Below are positions 1 to 7,163 of a DNA stretch of 14,230 bases, piece after piece; positions within the stretch are counted from its first letter, which is position 1; each line of letters starts with the position of its first letter. Made by a program: the position numbers and the translations under genes. Below the pieces are notes generated by a model that was not told where the DNA came from, ran no database searches, and saw nothing but the letters and a program-made list of their open reading frames with translations. Source of the DNA: a virus; IMG/VR virus record IMGVR_UViG_3300012971_000145, one strand, 5' to 3'.

Positions 1-146
1 GGATTGTGGACTACAGCGCTGCCAACCGATTCTGGTTTGAAATCCGTGACGCCCAGCAGTACAATTGGGCATATTTCAAAGACAGGTATCAGCCTGTCTA
101 TAACACCCTGGCAACCGAATTTCGCAAGGCGGCACCCAAGCCATGA
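1..146 (+). CDS. 3' end of an upstream gene, partial; the protein ends ...LATEFRKAAPKP
   Basis: Open frame 3 runs from the window edge to TGA 144-146. Its stop overlaps the next ATG (ccATGAac), a coupling junction. The ORF track misses it because there is no start codon in the window. Confidence 0.45.
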   Translation, partial: IVDYSAANRFWFEIRDAQQYNWAYFKDRYQPVYNTLATEFRKAAPKP

Positions 147-376
147 ACAAGATGGAACTGGCGGGACGGTTCGGGGCACTGGCCAAAATCCTCAGCGAAA
201 CCCGCAGCATGATGGAGGATTACAGCCAGTACCTCGACAGCGACGTGGACCGGAAGGCGGTGCGCTCGATGCTCACCGACCTCACCTGGGCGGTTGAGAA
301 CTGCACGGTGATAAGTTTGCACCAACAGGGCAAGAACCTGGAAGACACGATGGGGCAGGATTCTCATGGCGCTTGA
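143..376 (+). CDS. hypothetical protein, 77 aa
   Basis: ATG 143 overlaps the upstream stop (ATGA). The ORF is 77 aa and its codon usage matches the neighbours. Confidence 0.5.
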   Translation: MNKMELAGRFGALAKILSETRSMMEDYSQYLDSDVDRKAVRSMLTDLTWAVENCTVISLHQQGKNLEDTMGQDSHGA

Positions 377-761
377 TCGCTTCGTCACCTGGGTGGACGA
401 GAAGCCCACCGACGAACAGTTGTTGTTCGTCCTTGAGGATTTTCTAGGGGGAGTCGGGGAGATAACCAATGACCCGACGAACGAGGGCCGTCCCTGGTGG
501 ACCATAAAGTTGCCGGGGAAGCCCTCCCACCCCCTGCGTCGGGCCTTCCAGATCGAAGGGCCGATGGTTCACGAAGAGCGCTGGTTCGAGGTCTACGTTG
601 CCGACGACCATATTGATGTGATGACGCGATTGGGTGACGCCTTTACCAACGCCCTGGCCGACAAGTTTGCCGAAGTGGTGTGCCGAGCCTGGAGAGCGAA
701 AAGTGGACTCCCCTCCGATCCCGACCCCGAACCCGATCCCAACGACTCCTGTTCCGTATAA
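366..761 (+). CDS. hypothetical protein, 131 aa, acidic DPDPEPDP tail
   Basis: ATG 366 is preceded by GGCAGGA 6 nt upstream. It overlaps the previous stop (374-376). Stop is TAA 759-761. Confidence 0.6.
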   Translation: MALDRFVTWVDEKPTDEQLLFVLEDFLGGVGEITNDPTNEGRPWWTIKLPGKPSHPLRRAFQIEGPMVHEERWFEVYVADDHIDVMTRLGDAFTNALADKFAEVVCRAWRAKSGLPSDPDPEPDPNDSCSV

Positions 762-789
762 GGGCCAACTGTTTGAGTCAACAGGGGTA

Positions 790-1191
790 TTGCGCTATAA
801 CATCAAGGACGGTTACGGGTATCGCTTGGTGGTGGAGATCGACAAGGCCATCGTGGATTATTACCGTGCCCTCATCCCGCCCTGGAAGGGCAAGATCAAC
901 CGCCAGATGTACGCCCCGCATATTTCTGTGGTGCGCAACGAAGTGCCGGCCAACCTGGATGCCTGGGCCAAGTATGAGGGCGAGGAAATCAAGTTCCTTT
1001 ACAGCAACCACATTTATCACGGCACGGTCTACTGGTGGCTCAACGCTTTCTGTACCCGCCTGGAGGACATTCGCCTGGAACTTGGGCTGCCGGTATCAAG
1101 TCAATTCACACGGCCCCCTGAAGGTTTCGTGAAGTGTTTTCACATCACTATCGGCAACATGAAGGAGCAGGAGCATGGATGCAAGGAATAA
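790..1191 (+). CDS. 2H phosphoesterase superfamily protein (LigT / 2',5'-RNA ligase / cyclic phosphodiesterase-like)
   Basis: Two H-x-[ST]-x motifs, 'APHISVV' and 'CFHITIG', lie about 76 aa apart. That is the diagnostic spacing of the 2H fold. I place the start at TTG 790 behind AGGGGT. The ORF track's 634 start would add a Pro-rich extension that reads through the previous gene in another frame. Stop is TAA 1189-1191. Confidence 0.7.
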   Translation: MRYNIKDGYGYRLVVEIDKAIVDYYRALIPPWKGKINRQMYAPHISVVRNEVPANLDAWAKYEGEEIKFLYSNHIYHGTVYWWLNAFCTRLEDIRLELGLPVSSQFTRPPEGFVKCFHITIGNMKEQEHGCKE

Positions 1192-1435
1192 GATGACGTT
1201 CTGGGAGGAGTGCCGCTGGGCGTTGCCGAAGGTGTGGAAAAACCCCTGGTGGTATATCGCCCTGGGTTTGTTCGTCTTTGGGCCGTTCTTAAATCGCCAC
1301 GGCCTGTATGTATGGGAATGGCCCTGGTGGGCCATTCCTTACATTCCCCTCATGGCCGTTTTTATTTTCCTCATGGCCGTGCTGCTACGTCGCACCGGGC
1401 CGGGCGGGGTGTACGAAGAAAAAGGCCAGGGTTGA
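1175..1435 (+). CDS. small membrane protein, 2 predicted TM helices
   Basis: ATG 1175 sits 7 nt after AAGGAG and overlaps the upstream gene by 17 nt. Hydrophobic segments are 'WWYIALGLFVFGPFL' and 'IPYIPLMAVFIFLMAVLL'. Stop is TGA 1433-1435. Confidence 0.65.
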   Translation: MDARNKMTFWEECRWALPKVWKNPWWYIALGLFVFGPFLNRHGLYVWEWPWWAIPYIPLMAVFIFLMAVLLRRTGPGGVYEEKGQG

Positions 1436-1451
1436 CCTGGCCTTTCCTTTT
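1421..1451. terminator. bidirectional rho-independent terminator between convergent genes
   Basis: The hairpin is AAAAA-GGCCAGG-gttga-CCTGGCC-TTTCCTTTT (stem 1424-1430/1436-1442). An A-run lies upstream and a T-run downstream. The stop codons of both convergent genes fall inside it. Confidence 0.6.
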
Positions 1452-2028
1452 AACGGCGATTGCGGAATCGCTCGTAGAAGCGTTGAAACTCCTTGAACTC
1501 CTGGTAATCACGGAATGTGAAGGGGTACACATAGGGCCGAGAGCCGAAGGCCGGGTAGTTATACCCGTATGGCGCAGGGCCGTCGAAGCCGTAGAAGTAG
1601 CCGAGTTCCGGGGGAGGAGGCGGCACGCCGACCGGCAGGGTGATCCATCGCCACCCCTGACGGGTCATCCGCCAGTAGCCGTTGATGGCCGGCACAGGAA
1701 AGCCTCCGGTGGCCGGTTGGATGTTGCTCTGGGGCGGCGTGGGCAGAAAGGGCATCGGCGGCAGCGGCGGGATGGTGTGAACGTCGTCAGCCGGCGGCAT
1801 TGGCGGGACCGGCGGGGTCATCTGGGCCGGCGTTCTTGATTCGGTGGTTCTGGGCTTGGTCGGGGTGGGGGGAATTTCCTCCACCACACGGCGGATGGTC
1901 CGCCGGATTGTGTTCAGCGTGTCGTTGGCCCGCTGGCGTAGTTCTTCCTGGCAGAACACCGTATCCGGCGGCGTCGGCAGGTCAACAGGCGCAAAAAGGG
2001 CCACGGTCGTCAATAGAGTCGATAGCAT
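1450..2028 (-). CDS. secreted proline-rich / Tyr-Phe-rich protein, 192 aa; the only minus-strand gene in the window
   Basis: The minus-strand ATG (revcomp 2026-2028) lies 4 nt after a perfect AGGAGG (revcomp of 2033-2038). The N-terminus 'MLSTLLTTVALFAPV' is signal-peptide-like. The protein has PPxP tracts and an aromatic C-terminus 'YFYGFDGPAPYGYNYPAFGSRPYVYPF'. Confidence 0.65.
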   Translation of the reverse strand: MLSTLLTTVALFAPVDLPTPPDTVFCQEELRQRANDTLNTIRRTIRRVVEEIPPTPTKPRTTESRTPAQMTPPVPPMPPADDVHTIPPLPPMPFLPTPPQSNIQPATGGFPVPAINGYWRMTRQGWRWITLPVGVPPPPPELGYFYGFDGPAPYGYNYPAFGSRPYVYPFTFRDYQEFKEFQRFYERFRNRR

Positions 2029-2078
2029 ACTACCTCCTGTGAAATAGGCTTATAATGAATTCTAGCGAGGATATATCA
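2029..2078. promoter_or_regulatory. AT-rich divergent intergenic region with TATAAT (2051-2056) for the + strand genes
   Basis: This is the only AT-rich stretch nearby. A TATAAT hexamer is followed 23 nt later by the GCGAGG RBS and ATG 2079. It also carries the minus-strand RBS. Confidence 0.35.
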
Positions 2079-2582
2079 ATGTTCAAGATACTGCTGATAA
2101 ATCAAATCTGGTATCACGAGGATGACGCTCAAATTGAAGTGAAGGAAGTGACCCTGGGCGAACTTTTGGAGAACCCGGATTACGAAATTCAGGCGGAATT
2201 GGAGCGTGCCGGCTGGAAAAATGTCAAGAAGGTGGTGGACCGGGATACCCGGCTCGCCCTGAACAAGAATTTCTTTCTGATCTCCGGCCAGGGCTACCCT
2301 GCCGTCTTGCCCGTCGATCTGGACCGATTGCAGAGTTACAACTTAACATCGTTGGCGAATGGCAGTAAACTGGTGCAAGAAGTTAGCGTCCAGTCGGCAT
2401 TGACCGACGAGCAGTATAAGCAGTATCAGAAGGCCAGGAAGGTCATCGACAACCAGAAGCGCCAGCAGGCCGAGGCCAAGCGCAAGCGGGCGGAAAAGAA
2501 GAAGAGCCGGGAGCTTGCTAAGGCTGCCAAAGTGCTTCAGGACAACGGAATCAAGGTAGAACTTGACCAACAGGGAGGGTAA
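2079..2582 (+). CDS. hypothetical protein with Lys/Arg-rich coiled C-terminus (KRQQAEAKRKRAEKKKSRELAK)
   Basis: I chose ATG 2079, 8 nt after GCGAGG. The track's ATG 2055 sits inside the TATAAT hexamer. Stop is TAA 2580-2582. Confidence 0.55.
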   Translation: MFKILLINQIWYHEDDAQIEVKEVTLGELLENPDYEIQAELERAGWKNVKKVVDRDTRLALNKNFFLISGQGYPAVLPVDLDRLQSYNLTSLANGSKLVQEVSVQSALTDEQYKQYQKARKVIDNQKRQQAEAKRKRAEKKKSRELAKAAKVLQDNGIKVELDQQGG

Positions 2583-2583
2583 G

Positions 2584-2886
2584 ATGGCTGCGGCCAAACA
2601 GGTTATTGAGTCCGAGGAGAAGCCGGTGGAGCGGAACGCCTTGAAGGAGGCCATCGTCACGGTCCTGAAGGCGGGGCTGGGCCTGGAACTGCGCACGCCC
2701 CTGGCCGTTTACCCCACGGACGGCAGCTACATGGTCAGCTTCTTGTTTTTCGACGGGGAGCCGATCCCGACCGGCCTCAGCCTTGAACAGCGCAACCGGG
2801 TGAAGAAGGAACAGGAGATGGATGAGTATTTCGACTCTCCTGAAGAGGCGGCGGAATTATTTTTGAAGCTCAAGGAGCAACGATGA
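2584..2886 (+). CDS. hypothetical protein, 100 aa
   Basis: ATG 2584 is immediately preceded by GGGAGGG. The track's ATG 2563 lies inside the upstream gene. Confidence 0.6.
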   Translation: MAAAKQVIESEEKPVERNALKEAIVTVLKAGLGLELRTPLAVYPTDGSYMVSFLFFDGEPIPTGLSLEQRNRVKKEQEMDEYFDSPEEAAELFLKLKEQR

Positions 2887-3362
2887 AACCCAAGATATGC
2901 AGCCACCGGGCGGCTGCGGAATTCCTGCACGACAACCCGAAGACACACGACGTTATTTTGATCGTCAACAACGGCACGAGGTATGACAACGAGGACCACC
3001 TGAGCGCCATCCGGCGAAACGCCAACCGGGTCTGTGAGTTGATGTTTGACGACATCGAGTTCCACCGTGACAACCACAGGATGGTGGACGAGTCGCAGGT
3101 TCAGGAGGCGATCCATTTCGCCGCCGGCAAGGACAACCTCGTTGTCACCTGCACGGCGGGCATGGGCCGCAGTGCGGCCTTGGCATACGTCGTGGCTTGC
3201 TCTAAAATGGACCCTGCCGAGGCGGTGACGATTTTGGACCCGGATCGCCACACTCCGAATGAGAAAGTGATTTTCCTGGGCAACCGGCTGGTGGACGCGC
3301 CCACTCTTTTGGAGTGTTACGCCCGATTTAAGGACCAGATGTGCCTGCGATACAAATTCTAG
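2883..3362 (+). CDS. Cys-based phosphatase (PTP / dual-specificity phosphatase superfamily, CX5R P-loop)
   Basis: The start shows ATGA coupling. 'VVTCTAGMGRSAALAY' matches the (V/H)Cx2Gx2R(S/T) catalytic loop of cysteine phosphatases. It sits about two-thirds of the way along a 159-aa protein, as in DSP folds. Confidence 0.65.
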   Translation: MKPKICSHRAAAEFLHDNPKTHDVILIVNNGTRYDNEDHLSAIRRNANRVCELMFDDIEFHRDNHRMVDESQVQEAIHFAAGKDNLVVTCTAGMGRSAALAYVVACSKMDPAEAVTILDPDRHTPNEKVIFLGNRLVDAPTLLECYARFKDQMCLRYKF

Positions 3363-3372
3363 GAGATTTAGC

Positions 3373-3600
3373 GTGGCGGACTTCTGCAAAGCCTGCTCAA
3401 CCGAACTCTTCGGAGAGGATCGGGGCGACTTGAAGGGAGTAACCTCTGAAGAGGACTGGCAGCAAGGCCGTGCCGGCATCACCATCTGCGAGGGTTGCGG
3501 CGTTATTTATGTTGACCCCAGCGGCAACTGCGTTTCTTCGGATTGTCTGAAGAAGGGCAAGCCTGGACACGGAGATACCCAATGGCCGACAACCCCGTAA
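3373..3600 (+). CDS. small zinc-ribbon protein (CKAC ... CEGC ... C-x5-C)
   Basis: GTG 3373 lies 7 nt after AGGAG. It has two CxxC pairs. It is 75 aa. Confidence 0.55.
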   Translation: MADFCKACSTELFGEDRGDLKGVTSEEDWQQGRAGITICEGCGVIYVDPSGNCVSSDCLKKGKPGHGDTQWPTTP

Positions 3601-3881
3601 GACGGCTGCCCGACCCAGGCGACGGCCTGGGGCGGGTGGAAACCGGCCCGGTGCAAATTGGCGACGACTGGCCGGGCCTCTTCATTCGGGGCGACTGCGC
3701 CTTTGGCCTCGCCATGAGCATCAAGGCCGTGCTGACCCACTTCGAGGACAACCCGAAACAGGAAATCGGCTTCGCCCTCCACGACCTCCAATCGCTGTAC
3801 AAGGACATTCTCACTCAGGTCATCATCGGCGGCAACGAGATGTATAATAGAATGGAGGACAAATTGCCGCCGGAGGGCTAG
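3582..3881 (+). CDS. hypothetical protein, about 99 aa
   Basis: ATG 3582 is preceded by GGAGA. The track start at 3543 has no RBS. The start here is uncertain. Confidence 0.5.
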   Translation: MADNPVRRLPDPGDGLGRVETGPVQIGDDWPGLFIRGDCAFGLAMSIKAVLTHFEDNPKQEIGFALHDLQSLYKDILTQVIIGGNEMYNRMEDKLPPEG

Positions 3882-4267
3882 TGGAAGCGTTCGTATTTAT
3901 CGGTTTATTATTCGCCCATTGGGTGGGAGATTTCGTTTGCCAAACTCGTTACATGGCTGATAACAAGAGCAAGGACTGGTTGGCCCTGACCAGCCACGTC
4001 TTGACCTACATGACGGTGCTGGGGGTCTTTATCGGTGTCCTGCTTGTCGGCCTGGCCTTAAACGGCCCCGGATACGCCGGCTTGTTTTTCCTGTGGTTGG
4101 GGGTTAATTTCGCGTTGCATTTTGGCACCGATGCCATAACCAGCCGCATCACCAGTTATTATTGGAGCCAGCGACAAACAAGTGCGTTTTTCAGAACCAT
4201 CGGTTTCGACCAGTTTCTTCACGCGACCGCCCTGCTGTTGACAACCAAGTACATCCTGGGAATTTGA
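3881..4267 (+). CDS. integral membrane protein, possibly DUF3307-like (HWVGDFVCQ motif)
   Basis: GTG 3881 overlaps the upstream TAG by 1 nt. It has three or four hydrophobic helices. The family assignment comes from my memory of the motif only. Confidence 0.5.
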   Translation: MEAFVFIGLLFAHWVGDFVCQTRYMADNKSKDWLALTSHVLTYMTVLGVFIGVLLVGLALNGPGYAGLFFLWLGVNFALHFGTDAITSRITSYYWSQRQTSAFFRTIGFDQFLHATALLLTTKYILGI

Positions 4268-4268
4268 A

Positions 4269-4646
4269 ATGTCGTCGCAGCCTTGGCTTGGCAAACCCCG
4301 CTGGAATGGTAGGAAGGTCAATATCGACCTGAATAACGCCCTCCTACCCATCGTCAATAACGAAGCCTTCTGCATCCAGATTGAAGGCTGCGATAACTTC
4401 TTCATGCTGCTGTTCAGCACCGAAGAGCAATTGCGGACGGTGATGGCGCATTTGCAAAAGAAAATTGGCTTCAGGGACTACCGGGTGAAAGTTGTCACCG
4501 ACCCCCAAGACTTCATGAAGTCCATCATCGACCTGGGCGTGCGCATCATGCTCAACCCCCAGATCGTCAACGATCATCATACGAAGTGGCTGGAAGTGAT
4601 TCGGGACGGCGATGAAATCTTCTATTTTGAACCGGAGGTAAACTAA
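4269..4646 (+). CDS. hypothetical protein, 125 aa
   Basis: ATG 4269 lies 1 nt after the upstream stop. Stop is TAA 4644-4646. Confidence 0.55.
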   Translation: MSSQPWLGKPRWNGRKVNIDLNNALLPIVNNEAFCIQIEGCDNFFMLLFSTEEQLRTVMAHLQKKIGFRDYRVKVVTDPQDFMKSIIDLGVRIMLNPQIVNDHHTKWLEVIRDGDEIFYFEPEVN

Positions 4647-4647
4647 C

Positions 4648-4959
4648 ATGGTTTGGAGCGTGTTCGATCTCAAGGGTCAGTCGCACCCGGTCCCTGGCAA
4701 GGTGTGCGTGGTGTTTCAGGATGAAGTTTCGGCGGGCGAGGCGACCGTGTTCCTCGATCAGTTCAAGCCCAAAGGCGTCAGTATGTATTTTGCGGTCCAC
4801 ACCGCCAGCGTGGACGTGGGCGAAGGCAACGAGGACGCCTTCATCGCCACCGTCCTCCAGCACCCTGACAAGGTGAAGGCTGCGGAGCGCGAAATGAGCA
4901 TCATCCTGTTCGGTGGAAGCCAATTCGGGGGGAACCTGTTCGGGGAGCAAAAGCCATGA
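4648..4959 (+). CDS. hypothetical protein, 103 aa
   Basis: GGAGGT lies 9 nt upstream of ATG 4648. It has TAACATG coupling to the previous gene. Confidence 0.6.
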   Translation: MVWSVFDLKGQSHPVPGKVCVVFQDEVSAGEATVFLDQFKPKGVSMYFAVHTASVDVGEGNEDAFIATVLQHPDKVKAAEREMSIILFGGSQFGGNLFGEQKP

Positions 4960-5414
4960 GCGACGACATCAAGGTGTACCAGCGGGGGGAAAGCCCCCAG
5001 GAGAAACCCTATTTCGAGGCGTTGCTCGCCGCCCTCCCGGAAGGGTGGGCGGTGACGGAGGGGCCGTATTGTCCGGGCAAGGAGGGTCATCTCACCTACA
5101 AGGCGGTCAGCGCCCAGGGCGGGCAGTATCGGATCGCGCATGTTCGGGACGGCGACTTTGCCGTTACCCTGGAGCCGGCCAAAATCGACCATAATTGGTT
5201 GGCGCAGCAACTCGGAGCCGAGATCGTTGGCAAGGTAGAAGGGCCAATTCACGGCATGGCCGGAGTCGCTAATCTGACCCGGCAATATCAACAACGCATG
5301 AAGGAGAAACGAGATGCTGCCGACCCAGAAGTGGATACTGGCCAAGGTGATCTCCGGGGGCCAGACGGGGGCGGACCAGGCGGGCCTACGGGCCGCACGG
5401 GCGATGGGCATTGA
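4956..5414 (+). CDS. hypothetical protein, 152 aa; the 3' 101 nt overlap the next gene
   Basis: ATGA coupling at 4956. The Gly-rich tail 'GPDGGGPGGPTGRTGDGH' lies wholly inside the next gene's start region. Confidence 0.45.
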   Translation: MSDDIKVYQRGESPQEKPYFEALLAALPEGWAVTEGPYCPGKEGHLTYKAVSAQGGQYRIAHVRDGDFAVTLEPAKIDHNWLAQQLGAEIVGKVEGPIHGMAGVANLTRQYQQRMKEKRDAADPEVDTGQGDLRGPDGGGPGGPTGRTGDGH

Positions 5415-5829
5415 AACCGGCGGCTGGGTGCCTTTCGGCTGTGTCACCGAGGACGGCCCCAATCCAGCGCTCCTCAAGGAGTACGATCTCAAGGAGATGG
5501 ATAGCGACAAATACCCGCCCCGCACGGAGGCCAACGTGCGGGATTCGGACGGCACTATGCGTTTCGCCGCTAACTTCGCCACCGCCGGTGAACGCTGCAC
5601 CCTGAAGGCGATCAAGTGGTTCAATAAACCATATTTCGACGTGGACTGGAACAACCCGCCGTCCATCCAACAGGCGGTGGAGTGGATCGTCGCCAACAAA
5701 GTGAAAACGCTCAACGTCGCCGGCAACCGGGAAAGTACCAACCCAGGCATCGGCAGCTTCGTGGAACAATATTTGGTCCAGGTGTTCGCCCAGGTCATAC
5801 TTAAACCCGTGCGGAGTGCGACGAAATGA
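5314..5829 (+). CDS. SLOG-superfamily protein of the 'molybdenum-cofactor-carrier'/YpsA-like family
   Basis: AAGGAG lies 9 nt before ATG 5314. The N-terminal 'ISGGQTGADQAGL' P-loop-like motif is followed by 'GGWVPFG..EDG.NP...Y.L.E......Y..RT..NV.DSDGT'. This is the characteristic MoCo-carrier/YpsA pattern. Confidence 0.75.
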   Translation: MLPTQKWILAKVISGGQTGADQAGLRAARAMGIETGGWVPFGCVTEDGPNPALLKEYDLKEMDSDKYPPRTEANVRDSDGTMRFAANFATAGERCTLKAIKWFNKPYFDVDWNNPPSIQQAVEWIVANKVKTLNVAGNRESTNPGIGSFVEQYLVQVFAQVILKPVRSATK

Positions 5830-6584
5830 TCGACTTTGAACGAGGCGCGAAAACCACCGGCTCGAAGTTCTACTTCCTCACCGGCGACGAGGCCGTGATG
5901 GAGTGGAACCTCATCAACTACATGATCCGCTTCCACCGCCACAAGGGCTACCAGTTCGTGCTGCCGCCCTTTTTGGTAAATAAGAAAGTGGGCGAGATGG
6001 CCGGCATTCTCCCTCGTTTCGAGGGCGACTACTACCAGACCAAGGATGGCCTCATGCTGATCCCGACCGCCGAGACGCCCCTGGTCGGGATGCACGCCAA
6101 TGAAATCTTCAAGGAGGAAGAGCTTCCCCGCCGCTACGTCGCCTACTCCCCCTGCTTCCGCAAGGAGGCTGGGGCCTACGGTGCCAAGGACAAGGGCTAC
6201 CGCCGGGTCCATCAGTTCAATAAGGTCGAATTGTTTACCATCTGCACGCCGGACTCGTCGGAGTTTTACCACAACCAGATGGTGGACGACGTGTGCGAAC
6301 TGCTCAAGAATCTCAACGTCGAACATCGCAAGGTAGTGCTGGACGAAAAGGACCGTTCGCCCGTTTCCAATCAGACCATCGACATCGAAGTGCTGGTCGG
6401 CAAGGAGTGGTTGGAGGTATCTTCTATTTCCAACACCGGCGACAACCAGAGCCGGGTCGCCCAGGTCCGTTATAAGCCAAAGGACGGCAAGAAGAATGTC
6501 AAGTGTCACTTGCTCAACGGTTCGGGCGTTGCCCTCCCCCGGCTGATGCTCGCCCTGGCTGAGCGCATCAACGAGTGGAAATAA
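5826..6584 (+). CDS. seryl-tRNA-synthetase-like protein, catalytic core only (class II aaRS motifs 1-3), lacking the N-terminal coiled-coil arm
   Basis: ATGA coupling to the SLOG gene. It aligns to bacterial SerRS from the start of the catalytic domain onward. Matches are 'LIPTAETPL', 'YSPCFRKEAGAYGAKDKGYRRVHQFNKVEL', 'DIEVLVGKEWLEVSSISN' and the motif-3 'LNGSGVALPRLMLALAE'. The protein is only 252 aa. Confidence 0.85.
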   Translation: MIDFERGAKTTGSKFYFLTGDEAVMEWNLINYMIRFHRHKGYQFVLPPFLVNKKVGEMAGILPRFEGDYYQTKDGLMLIPTAETPLVGMHANEIFKEEELPRRYVAYSPCFRKEAGAYGAKDKGYRRVHQFNKVELFTICTPDSSEFYHNQMVDDVCELLKNLNVEHRKVVLDEKDRSPVSNQTIDIEVLVGKEWLEVSSISNTGDNQSRVAQVRYKPKDGKKNVKCHLLNGSGVALPRLMLALAERINEWK

Positions 6585-6585
6585 C

Positions 6586-6921
6586 ATGGCTGTTCACAAA
6601 GGCTGGGACTTCTTCAGCGCCGACCCCGGCAAAGTTGAAAAATGCGAATGCCGGGTGTGCGGCGAAACCTGCGACGTGAAACGTAATGTCATGGGTGCGA
6701 CCGGCTACGCCGAGTCCCTGGCCGGGATGAAGCACCTGCATGACAACTTCGTGTGCCCCCACGCCCAGGAAGACTGGCACAAGCAAATGCGTTCCTTGCG
6801 CATGGAACAGGAAAATACCAAAAGCGCCGCCCTCAAGGAGCTTTTGGAAGCAGAAATTACGCAAATCTACGTCAACAAGAAAACCACCGAGGGCTGGAAG
6901 CCCGACTGGAGAGATTTATGA
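6586..6921 (+). CDS. Cys/His-rich small protein, putative Zn-finger
   Basis: TAACATG coupling. 'CECRVCGETC' is followed by 'H..H...CPH'. It is 111 aa. Confidence 0.55.
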   Translation: MAVHKGWDFFSADPGKVEKCECRVCGETCDVKRNVMGATGYAESLAGMKHLHDNFVCPHAQEDWHKQMRSLRMEQENTKSAALKELLEAEITQIYVNKKTTEGWKPDWRDL

Positions 6922-7163
6922 TGATCGAAGTCTGCCCGGCCTTCACCCCGGATGATGCCCGGCAGCAGGCCCGTGCCGCTGGTTATATTGTGAACGACCG
7001 CCTGCAAGCCATTTCGATGGGAATTGGCATTGGCGAGATGGACCCCGGCTACATCCTCAAGGTGGAAAAGGGGGAGCAGGTGGCTCAGGCCGATAATATT
7101 CGGGAGCGCCCCGACCTGGAAGGGGTGTTTGACGACCTGATGGAGCAAGGAGGGGAGGAATGA
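6918..7163 (+). CDS. hypothetical acidic protein, 81 aa
   Basis: ATG 6918 overlaps the upstream TGA. TGGAGAG lies upstream. The track ORF 6753.. carries an implausible N-terminal extension. Confidence 0.5.
   Translation: MMIEVCPAFTPDDARQQARAAGYIVNDRLQAISMGIGIGEMDPGYILKVEKGEQVAQADNIRERPDLEGVFDDLMEQGGEE

Noticed and set aside
634-789. N-terminal extension of the 2H phosphoesterase ORF (track start 634)
   Set aside because: The extension is a Pro-rich alternate-frame reading of the previous gene's 3' end. The 2H motif spacing fits a start near 790.
1210-1839. 209-aa + strand ORF
   Set aside because: It runs through the bidirectional terminator. It is antisense to the SD-led, signal-peptide-bearing minus gene and is Arg-rich.
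2055-2078. ATG 2055 as start of the 2055..2582 ORF
   Set aside because: That ATG lies inside the TATAAT hexamer and has no RBS. ATG 2079 has a GCGAGG RBS.
2727-3485. 252-aa minus-strand ORF
   Set aside because: It is antisense to the CX5R phosphatase gene and the coupled upstream genes. It has no RBS.
4758-6587. 609-aa minus-strand ORF
   Set aside because: It is antisense to the SLOG and SerRS-like genes, which have clear family signatures. It has no RBS. It is a product of the GC-rich, stop-poor antisense frame.
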